Of a stretch of 64,000 nucleotides of DNA, positions 54,193 through 64,000 are shown piece by piece; position 1 is the stretch's first letter; each line of letters begins with the position of its first letter. The notes under the pieces were generated by a model. It was not told where the DNA came from and did not search any database. It worked only from the letters and a program-made list of their open reading frames with translations. Both the position numbers and the translations under genes were made by a program. Origin of the DNA: Octopus vulgaris (lineage: Eukaryota); contig OX597823.1 in NCBI GenBank assembly GCA_951406725.2, positions 89,714,001 through 89,778,000 of the forward strand, read 5' to 3'.

Positions 54193-56139
54193 CATCATCA
54201 TCATCATCATCGTTTAACGTCCGTTCTCCATGCTAGCATGGGTTGGACGGTTCGACCGGGGTTCTGGGAAGCCAGAAGGCTGCACCAGGCTCCAGTCTAA
54301 ATTTGGCAATGTTTCTACAGCTGGATGCCCTTCCTAACGCCAACCACTCCGTGAGTGTAGTGGGTGCTTTTTACGTGCCACCTGCACAGGTGCCAGGCGG
54401 GGCTGGCAACGGCCACGGTCAGATTGGTGTATTTTATGTGCCACCGGCACGGAAGCCAGTCGAGGCGGTGCTGGCATCGGCCACGAGTCGGATAGTGCTT
54501 TTTACGTACCACCAGACCAGGGATCCTGGCTGGTTCAATTCGATTTCGATTTCACTTGCCCCAACATGTCTTCACAAGCAAAGGGGGTTGGCAAGGGTGC
54601 CTGTCGTACGGTCGCATTGGAGTATTTTACGTGCCACGGCCACGAGTCGGATAGTGCTTTTTTACGTACCATCAGACCAGGGATCCTGGCTGGTTCAATT
54701 CGATTTCAATTTCGCTTGCCCCAACATGTCTTCACAAGCAAAGGGGGTTGGCATGGGTGCCTGTCGTACGGTCGCATTGGAGTATTTTACGTGCCACGGC
54801 CACGAGTCGGATAGTGCTTTTTACGTACCACCAGGCCAGGGATCCTGGCTGGTTCAATTCGGTTTCGATTTCGATTTCGCTTGCCCCAACATGTCTTCGC
54901 AAGCATGGGGGGTTGGCATGGGTGTCTGTCGTCGGATGAGGTTCTATATCGACTTCGCTTGCCTCAACCGGTCTTTGTGTCCAAGGGAGGAAAGGCATTC
55001 ATAAGTGGGCTGGGCTCACTTGTCCTGCCTGGTCTTCTCACGTACAGAATATTTCCAAAGGTCTCGGTCTCTGGTCATTTCCTCAGTGAGGCCTAAAGTT
55101 CGAAGGTCGTGCTTCACCACCTCGTCCCAGGTTTTCCTGGGTCTACCTCTTCCACGGGTTCCCTCAACTGCTAGGGATTGGCACTTTCTCACACACCTAT
55201 CTTCATCCATTCTCGCCACATGACCATACCAGCGCAATCGTCTCTCTTGCACACCACAACTGATGCTTCTTAGGTACAACATTTCTCTCAAGGTGCTAAC
55301 GCTCTGTCGAGTATGTACACTGACATTACACATCCATCGGAGCATACTGGCTTCATTCCTCACGAGCTTACGCATGTCCTCAGCAGTCACGGCCCATGTT
55401 TCGCTGCCATGTAGCATGGCTGTTCGTACACACGCATCATACAGTCTGCCTTTTACTCTGAGCGAGAGGCCTTTAGTCACCAGCAGAGGTAAGAGCTCCC
55501 TAAACTTTGCCCAGGCTATTCTTATTCTAGCAGTTACACTTTCAGCGCACCCACCCCCACTACTGACTTGGTCACCTAGATAACGGAAGCTATCAACTAC
55601 TTCTAGTTTTCCCCCTGGAAAGTGACGGAAGTTGTTTTCTGCAGATTTTCGGAGGTTAATGCTCCCGAGCATCTGCCACATACAAAAACTATCTTCCCAG
55701 TTAGCCTACCTTTGACATTGCTGCACCTCTTATGTGTCCATAGCTTACACTGGGTACATCTTATAGAGTTTCTACCTACACCTTTTCTACAGATCGAGCA
55801 GGGCCATCTTCCTGAAGATATTTGTGGATTGTCTACCTTTCTACTTATTAGTACTTTGGTTTTAGCTAGGTTGACTCTAAGGCCCCTTGATTCTAAACCC
55901 TCCTTCCACACCTGGAACTTCTCCTCCAGTTCTGATAGTGACTCAGCAATAAGAGCAAGGTCGTCAGCGTAGAGGAGCTCCCAGGGACAGCCTGTCTTGA
56001 ATTCCTCCGTAATTGCCTGGAGTACTATGATAAATAGGAGGGGGCTGAGTACTGAACCCTGGTGGACCCCAACCTCTACTTTGAATTCTTCTGTGTACAT
56101 GTTGCCAACCCTAACCTTACTTACGGCATCTCTGTACAT
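54193..56139 (-). mobile_element. Young 5'-truncated RTE-clade LINE: RT C-terminal half, 3' UTR and (GAT)n tail
   Basis: GVHQGSVLSPLLF, LLYADD, FRYLG and RGRGRPRKTW motifs; a single frameshift near 55610; CpGs intact; tail ttaaac(gat)n. Confidence 0.95.
54479..54935. repeat. About 160-bp tandem repeat, nearly 3 copies, in the RTE 3' UTR
   Basis: ggccacgagtcggatagtgc recurs at 54479, 54638 and 54798. Confidence 0.92.
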
Positions 56140-59100
56140 TTTCTTTGTCTATGTTAACACTGGTCATTCATCAACCACTTTATGGAGAGTACTGGGAGTA
56201 ATTTACTGTGGCACAGCACTAAAGAGATTGCTCACTGTTCTACATGTCTGAGTATAGAGGAGTTGAAATCAAAACAATCAAAAATGAACATAACAGTACT
56301 TGGAGTTATTTAGCCCTAAAACACCCAGGATTGAACAAACCTATGAAATGCTTTCTAGCTGTGACCACCAAGTGTATCTAAGACTACATTACTCAATGTT
56401 TTCTGTGGGGTTTAATTAGAGGAAGATTTTGCTGCTAATTCTTGCAAGTCAGATGATCATATGGTGATTCTCTTGATTGGTCAAACAGTAAAATAGAGAT
56501 TTTGGCACAACCATTGTGGCGCTACTGTTTTGGCATGCATGCATGTACTTTTGCCTCCAGTGTCAAACAGCACTGCCACCAAAGAGTACAGTCGGCTGTG
56601 CCAAATCAACAGCATTTAAATAACCAAGCCTAATTGTCTCATTCCATGAACAATATGTTTGGATAATTTTTTTTTTAATGATTTTCATGACATTGTAATG
56701 TTTCATTTCTCATTACATATCTAACTAGATCTTTCTATAATCCATGCATATGTCACATAATCAATAGACAAATTAAAAACAGAAGAAAAAAAAAACACAT
56801 ACCAATAAACCTTGTCATATCAGAATAAACAGATAACAAATGAGATGTGCAGTTGTTCTGTTACTACTTCAATAGTCAGGATAGGATCTCTCTCTCTCTC
56901 AATGGCTGACCATCACAAATAACATAAGGTATTTCACTAAATAGAACACAGACATGCTGCTGATACAAGTAGGAGAATCAATAGATGTTCATTACTAAAT
57001 GGTATAGCTGTTTAGCCATAGGTCAGTCCTGACTGAGTATTACTTCTGATCAAAAGCATTACAGTCATGACCAACACATCATTTTTACCTTTACAGAAAG
57101 CAAATCCAGGATTATCCAATGATTTTTTTTTATTGTAAGGTATGATTTTAATGAGATATGGCTGCTACTTCTAGCAGATGGAGAGACACCCACAGCCTGC
57201 TGTTTAGCTTCAGGCTAGCCCCCATTTCCCTAAAGATTCAGCTACTGTTTCTAGCAAGTCAGACTCCTTTGTTGGCCTGTAAATGTTAATTTCAGTTCTA
57301 AAATTGACTTGCCATCAAAAGTGAAATAATTGCCAAGCCTCTGTGTATGAGAAAGATGGAGCAGAGGGAGAGACAGAGAATAAGAGAAACATGTAAATGG
57401 CTTAAGGCTGCCAAAAGAAATTCATAAAAATTAGTTCAAAATTTGAAAATAATGCAAAATGTAAATTTGACAGTGATGACAAATGACTGAGACCTTCAGC
57501 GAGACGCTGTGCTTGAGAAATCATAGTCATGGCCATTACCAGTGTCTTGTAAATGGCACCTATGCCAGTGGCACATAGAAAGAAGCACCTGTTACACTCT
57601 CAGAGTGGTTGGCATTAGGGAGGGCATCCTGCTATAGAAACCATGCCAAATCAGACTGAAACCTCCAGCTTACCAGTTCCAGTCAAACCGTCTAACCCAT
57701 TCCAGCATGGAAAGCAGACGTATGATGAGGATGTTGTTTGTTTTTGAGTTTAAACCAAATCAATACATTTTAATAGAAAACAAAATTTTGCAAAGAAAGG
57801 GCTGACAGTAACTTTGGACCCTTCTGATTTGCTTTCATTAGTATGACAAGCAAGTTGGAGCTCCAAAATCACTGTTGACCTTTTCCTTGTAAGATAAGAA
57901 GTTTGCTTCCCAACTACATGGTTCCAGGTTCAGTCTCACTGCATGGCACCTTGGAAAGTGTCCTCTACTATAGCTTTGGGCCAACCAAAGCCTTGTGAGT
58001 GGATTTGGTAGACAGAAACTGAAAGAAGCCCATTGTAAATATATGCGCACGCATGTGTGTGTCCCATCACTATTTAATTAGTGTTGCTATGTTTACATCC
58101 CTGTAACTTAGTTTGGCAAAAGACACCAACAGAATAAGTATCAAGTTTAAAAAAAAAAAGAAGTACTAGGGTTGAGTTGTTCGACTAAAATTCTTCAAGG
58201 TAGTGCACTAGCATGGCCACATTCTAATGCCTGAAACAAGTAAAAAATAAAATCTATTAATGTATTCAGTTGTTTCACCTCAACCTAACTGTGACAACTA
58301 GTTTTTATTTACCTATTTCACAATTTCACACATGATTTGCCAAAGACTATATTATCCAATATATGCCAGGTTTCGTTTTATTTATAAAAAGCTTCAGGGT
58401 GTGGTTTGTCTGCTGTATATAACACACCAAAATGATAGTGTAAAATGTGACCCCATTGAACTGCAGACATGATGGAACACTGCCTTGAAGGGTTTATTTA
58501 GTTGAGCAAATCAACCCCAGCACTTTTTTTTTTAATCATTAAAGTCGGATACTTATTTTACTGGTCTCTTTTTGCTGAACCGCCGAGTTACAGGGACATA
58601 AACAAACTAGCACTGGTTGTCAAGCTGCATGGAGACAAACACAGACACATCTACATGGTGGACTTTCACAGAGACTTTCTACCAAAATCACTGACAAGGC
58701 ATTGGTCGGCCAAAGGCTATAGGAAACACTTGCACAATGTGACACACATTTGGACTGAACCCGAAACCCCGCGGTTGCAAAGCAAGCGTTTTTACCCTCA
58801 TAGCCATAATTATCTAAATCGACCAGTTAGTATTCCAGAGACTGCACTGTTTCGCAACATTGATTTTTGAGATTGTCACAAGTAGAAGGATGGGAGAGGA
58901 TGCAGGCAATTTCCTCGAGGTGTGTGTGCTACTTAATCCTTGCTGAACTTGGAAACCTCTACGTGGGTTGGTAACCCAGAAGAAATAGCAGCCAAATTTA
59001 CCTCAGATCACACCTACCATAAAGAGGAACTACATTACATAATGTAGTTCTAAATATATATATATATATTTTAAAAAAAAGTATAGTGGTTATAGATAAA

Positions 59101-59397
59101 GTGTCTTGGATCAATAGCGACTTTACTTCGTTGAAGTATTTCGATGGCATTCAGAGAATATTCAGACGAAAAAGCTAAATTCTACCCCGGAAATGATTTA
59201 TCTGTTACCCACTTTACACCAAAGAAAAGTTTAACACATCTGAGTTTAACCACCCTTTGTGTATCTAAAACTATACAATCCAATGTGTCTTCCGTTTTAA
59301 GAGATTTAATAGCCCCATCTTGTAGGTTTAGCGACTACATACAGTTGCCCTTCGTTGGCAGATAAATTCTTCGTGTTTGTGGTGAATAAAAAAGAAT

Positions 59398-59933
59398 GGT
59401 TAATATCTAGATCCGCACCCGGTGGGAAAAATGAGATAAGCACCCGGTGGGAAAAATGGAAACGAAAATGTGTAACAGTTGTAAGGCATCGTATATTGAA
59501 GGAATATGACGAAAAAAAAGCGCGCTGACAAACGGGGGGGGGGGGGCTCGGAAAATTGCCTACGATTTAAAGAAAAATTTACCATCAATTTTCACCATTG
59601 TGTTTCTGATTCGCGACCCCATGTCGAATTTATCGATTTTTTTCAGAACTGGGGGAACTTTTCAAAATTTTCGCTGCGTTAGTTTTGAATTATGACATTG
59701 GGCTATGTGTGTGAAATGCGTTTAAACACCTGTTACACATATTTTTTTCCATTTTTGCCTCTACGGTTGATCCTGGGAATTTCCCGAGCCCCCCCCCGTT
59801 TGTCAGCGCGCTTTTTTCCCGTCTTATTCCTTCAATATACGATGCCTTACAACTGTTACACATTTTCGTTTCCATTTTTCCCACCGGGTGCGGATCTCAT
59901 TTTTCCCACCGGGTGCGGATCTAGATATTAACC
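59398..59933. mobile_element. MITE/foldback element with about 160-bp terminal inverted repeats
   Basis: ggttaatatctagatccgcacccggtgggaaaaatg... mirrored by ...catttttcccaccgggtgcggatctagatattaacc. Confidence 0.85.
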
Positions 59934-61400
59934 TTTAAATACGACAGGTTCTTTCAGTTATTGAACAGAGAACAAAAAAAAAAGAAATTCAACGAAAGCA
60001 GGTCAACGAGGAGATACTACGTGGTCGCTCGACATGCTAGAAATTGCAGTCAAATCGCAATTGATGAAGGTTACGTTGGATGTCACGGTAGTGAAACATT
60101 GTCCCCTCAAAATCAACAGGATGGTTTCATCTGGAATGCCTTTAACCATAGATTCGTTAGATCAGCGTTAACGTGGGTGTTAGACAACACCGTGTTGTCA
60201 TGAGTTATTTCGGAGTTTAAATATGCAATTTTGGGGGTAGCAAAAATAAAATAGGTCTCGAGTACGAATCAAATAAGTAATAATAACAATGGATTTAGAG
60301 TTTTAAACCCGAATTATAATCTTTCCAGATAATTGTTTTAAAAGGGAATATGATAGAGGGTTATGTTTGTGTGTGCATAGGTACTGAACATAAACCATTA
60401 CAGAATTATAGAATTTATTCAAACTAGACAAACAGTAATGAACATATTTAAATCACTCGAATTTCGAGATTATATTGTAGTCAGTCGATAAGAGGCAGGA
60501 AGGGAGAGTTTGACACATGAAGCAGTCAGGTAGGGTATATAATAGAGAGAGATAAAAATAGAGCGAGTTATGTACATAAATATAGCCCAAAGAGGTGTGT
60601 ACAGTTAGGAAAGGTGGACAGACAAGACAAGCAATATACACACAGGTACATCTGGAAGTTTAGGCACATACGAGCACGGGCTCCCTGAATTCCACTAACA
60701 TTTTTCTCTCACGCATTTTTATACAGAAGTTGTTGAGTCTGTACGTAAATAACGACCTCCAGTGCAAAACTAAAGCGACAAGATAACATGCTAATCATCT
60801 CATTTACAAAATAAATCATCAATTTTACATAAATGACTAACAGTCACACGTATAGCGTAAATGATAATTCACGAGTCTGTGATAATTAAGACGAATTAAA
60901 GTGACTTAATTACCGTTTTATAGGTAATTTCATAAAGGATAAAAAAACACAATGCCTTAGAATTTTAGTAGACATTCAGGAGCTGTCTATGTGATCCCTT
61001 CTGTAAGAACCGAAGGTCGTATGTGTAACATTAGAATTCAGGGAGTTTAATTAATGGTGGTTTGAATTGGCAAGACTCAATTAAATGAGGGTGGAAGCCT
61101 GTGAAAAGAAAGCTAACGTTTCAGGAAGGACCTCTTTCTAGAGAAAAAGGAAATTCTAAAATGAAGGTACCTGGAATGCCAGTGTTTCTCTTCTACATCA
61201 ACGTAACTCAATTAAAAATCTGTGGCTATTTCCAACGAACAGTGAAGCAATTAAGAGGAACTGGATTAATATAATCTAGAATCAAAGATGAGTGATATGG
61301 CTTATATGTAGGTATTCAGTTATATTAAGGCAAATAGGTAAAACAGAACTCAAAATATGAGTATATGAATATTTTTATTAATATTTAGTGGAAGTAACAG

Positions 61401-61446
61401 AGTGACTCGAGATCCGAGAGTTTCGTGTGTTAGCACTTATCAAACT
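61401..61446 (-). ncRNA. Type I hammerhead ribozyme motif (U3-A8 core variant), Penelope-like-element style
   Basis: Minus strand reads AGT-TTGATAA-GTG-ctaaca-CAC-GAAA-CTC-tcggatctc-GAG-TC-ACT; stems I, II and III all pair; GUC cleavage triplet. Confidence 0.6.
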
Positions 61447-61493
61447 AGTTTGATAAGTGCTAAACACACGAAACTCTCGGCCCTTGGGTCACT
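61447..61493 (+). ncRNA. Type I hammerhead ribozyme motif (U3-A8 core variant), mirror copy
   Basis: AGT-TTGATAA-GTG-ctaaaca-CAC-GAAA-CTC-tcggccctt-GGG-TC-ACT; one G-U pair in stem III. Confidence 0.55.
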
Positions 61494-61914
61494 CTGTTGC
61501 TTCTGCTAAATATTAAGGTAAAATTTTCGTGTAATATATATATATTACATATGTGTAATGACAGGTAAGCTAACGAAGGAGGGTATACGTGGTCATTTGA
61601 AGCTAGAAATAACAGCCAAATCTTTCACCGAATTAAAAAAAAAGAAAAGAGATGTATTAGTTATTGTAGCTTTTGATAAGCTACTTGGGAAAAAAAAAGA
61701 AACGTACAAAAAAAATGACGGTAAACTGAAGACTGGACCCATTTTTGATAATATAGATGTTGTAATGGGACTGATCTGGTCGGAGACGGGGACAAAACCA
61801 GAACAAATGGGATTTTTTTTTCTTCTTTTTAATAGACAAAAAAAAAACAGAATAACGATGAAAAATAAAACAGGACGGACAGATAAATCATATGAAATAC
61901 TAAGCATGACATAC

Positions 61915-62030
61915 CTTATTGGAAGGAGTTCGTTTCAATATTAATCCTCTCCAGTAAAAGTGTTGTTACATGATTCAATAACAACAGCTGCTGATCTGAA
62001 CTGAAAACATCTCAGTGGCCATCTTGGACA
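61915..62030 (-). other. GOLGA1: Probable non-coding first exon (5' UTR) of GOLGA1; start approximate
   Basis: Strong donor AAG|GTATGT at 61915/61914 just downstream of the promoter motifs. The ATG exon has an acceptor, so an upstream exon is required. Confidence 0.55.
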
Positions 62031-62081
62031 AATGACGTCACACGCTGCTGGCGTCAACGGGGCGGGGGAGTAGACTTCCGG
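62018..62081 (-). promoter_or_regulatory. TATA-less housekeeping-type promoter motif cluster
   Basis: YY1-like CAAGATGGC (62018-62026, minus), CRE palindrome TGACGTCA (62033-62040), TGGCGTCA (62049-62056), GC box GGGGCGGGG (62059-62067) and ETS ACTTCCGG (62074-62081), all inside a CpG-retaining zone. Confidence 0.7.
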
Positions 62082-62107
62082 TTAGCACGGCCACATTTTG
62101 CTACGTT

Positions 62108-62400
62108 ATTCTCTCCCTTCTCTTCATCATTCGCCTTAATTTTTCTTCCTCTTACTACTACCATTACTAGCATTTCTTCTATACTCTCTTCTTCTCCTCG
62201 TTTCTCTCCTTAATCTCCCTCCTACTACGACCACATCTATATTCTCTCCCCTTCTTCTTATTCTCTCCCTTTTCCTCATGTACTTCCGTAACCCTCTTCC
62301 TCCCTCCTAATTCATCCCTCTCTTTATCTAGTTGCCTCTCTCTCTCTCTCTTTCTATCTCTTTATTTCTCTCCCTTTCGCTCTCTTTCCATCTCTCTAAC
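62108..62400. repeat. Low-complexity pyrimidine (CT-rich) tract just upstream of the promoter
   Basis: Mostly C/T, includes (CT)n. Confidence 0.8.
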
Positions 62401-63519
62401 CTGTGAATTCTTTGTTTTGATCTCGTTCTCCTATCATTGTTATTGTAATTATAATCTTTGTTTTTGTAACTGATTTTCTAATTATTTTATACTGGGACCA
62501 AAAGGCAAGAGAGACAGACATGTATATATAGAGTCCCATGGCATCGATCCTCAATTAAATACTTCTACTGCTACCTACTTACTATCGATCCCCTCGCAGG
62601 ATTATAACCATAGGTAAACTCACAGAGCCACCCTCCAGTGGTTCTGACCATCAAAGAAACAGTCAGATCTCTCCCTCGCTCTTTCTCTCTTACAGCGATC
62701 ATCTTCCAGTCCAGCAGCTTTTCTCTCCACTCGTAATAATTTTAATGACTCACTAATTGTTTTTGATGTATCAATGGTTTTAATTACACCAGGTGAGTTG
62801 TCACAAACGTGGGACATCATCCCCGTAAATGTATAAATAATCTGCTTGTTTGCCTTTCTTAACGATATACAGTCGTTTCTTAAACTATTTCAGTTCTCAA
62901 CGCTAATTCTTAAACATCATACCAACAAAAATTTAAATGCTGTCAATTTAAGTTTAAAAAGACATTATATTGAGAATCAAAAATTGTCTTAAATTTCCGG
63001 AAAATTCTTCCAATAATTTTATAATTTCCTTGTATCTCTTTTTCTGTTTAATATATTTTTTCAGATCTAAAAGTCCAAGAGTATAAAACTTCCCCAGTAG
63101 TCCCTTAAACTTTTTTCATACAATATTTAAAACTTCCCCCGGCCAACAGACTTCTAATTAATTACACAGCCAATTGATGAAGTATATTTTAATTAACTGA
63201 AGTAACATTATCATTTTTTAAGAAACAGTTTTTTATATAATAAACTTTTAAATTATTAAAATTTTTGTGAACTTCATAAGCCTGAACAGGAGGCACAATT
63301 TTGATTTAAATAACGAAATTAACAATTTAATTAATACTTTAAAATAATTTCTATACTGTTGTTATTCGGAAATATAGCTGTCCTTATACCTTTGTCATTA
63401 TTTGGTCCCAGATCAGTCCTGACCGAGCAAACATGATCAAAAATTTTGCAACGAGTGTCCTACGTGAGGGCTACGCTTGGCTGCACACCAAGCAAATATC
63501 CTAACTTCATCATACCTAT

Positions 63520-63690
63520 TAAGTCCATTCTATAATTCAATCGTGCACCGTAATGGGAAACTAATTTTCTGGCCCCTCTTATGAAATATTGGGGTGTCTT
63601 CGTTTGTATGGTCCTTAATTGTTTTACAAAAAACTTTGAAGTAACCTTTGTACACAAATCTCTGAAGAAATTGTGCCAATCGATGTATTT
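63520..63690 (-). mobile_element. Possible mariner transposase C-terminal relic
   Basis: KTPQYFIRGARKLVSHY resembles the mariner C-terminal FF.RGI.KL..RW motif. Confidence 0.35.
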
Positions 63691-64000
63691 GAATCACTAC
63701 ATATATACTTTTGAGAAAGCTCTTGACACCAACCTACCCGAGACCGGCTTGGGTTCTCTGGTACAGTTTTTTGTTTACAAAGTAATTTAAATTAAACCGT
63801 CCATGAAAATTTCAGTTAATTTATGTTCCAAGCACCAGCTTAATGATGACAAAGTTACTTTACTAAGTTTTTCATTATTGTCAAAATTAGTTGAAACAAA
63901 AGCAGTTAATTTGAACAAAACCAATGGTAACGAAGGATTTAATGACAAATGCCAATGAGTGAAAAAAGAACAACAAAACAAAAGATAATGATTCTCAATG

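Noticed and set aside
54243-55004. 253-aa plus-strand ORF, the longest in the window
   Set aside because: It is the antisense reading of the RTE 3' UTR and its tandem repeats; the same peptide start appears at 20545-20778.

Overview
AT-rich, repeat-dense animal genomic DNA. The SINE, RTE-LINE and microsatellite content looks like a coleoid cephalopod (Octopus-like); this is inference. The window holds the 5' part of one minus-strand, multi-exon gene, golgin-97/GOLGA1. I can splice 11 coding exons in frame (25501 down to 690, 385 codons), and the gene continues past the left edge. A likely non-coding first exon and housekeeping promoter (YY1, CRE, GC box, ETS) lie at about 61.9-62.1 kb, implying a first intron of about 36 kb. 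The introns are filled with tRNA-derived SINEs, RTE LINE copies (one very young, with a PHD-type finger inside the RT region), mariner relics, piggyBac-type MITEs and several long palindromes. Most notable is a 139-bp palindrome near the promoter that encodes one type I hammerhead-ribozyme motif on each strand, with a U3-A8 compensatory core. Also notable are identical inverted RTE tails bracketing the start-codon exons and a 252-bp loopless palindrome. Most short ORFs in the supplied track are repeat or microsatellite noise. All calls were made by eye and no database search was run.
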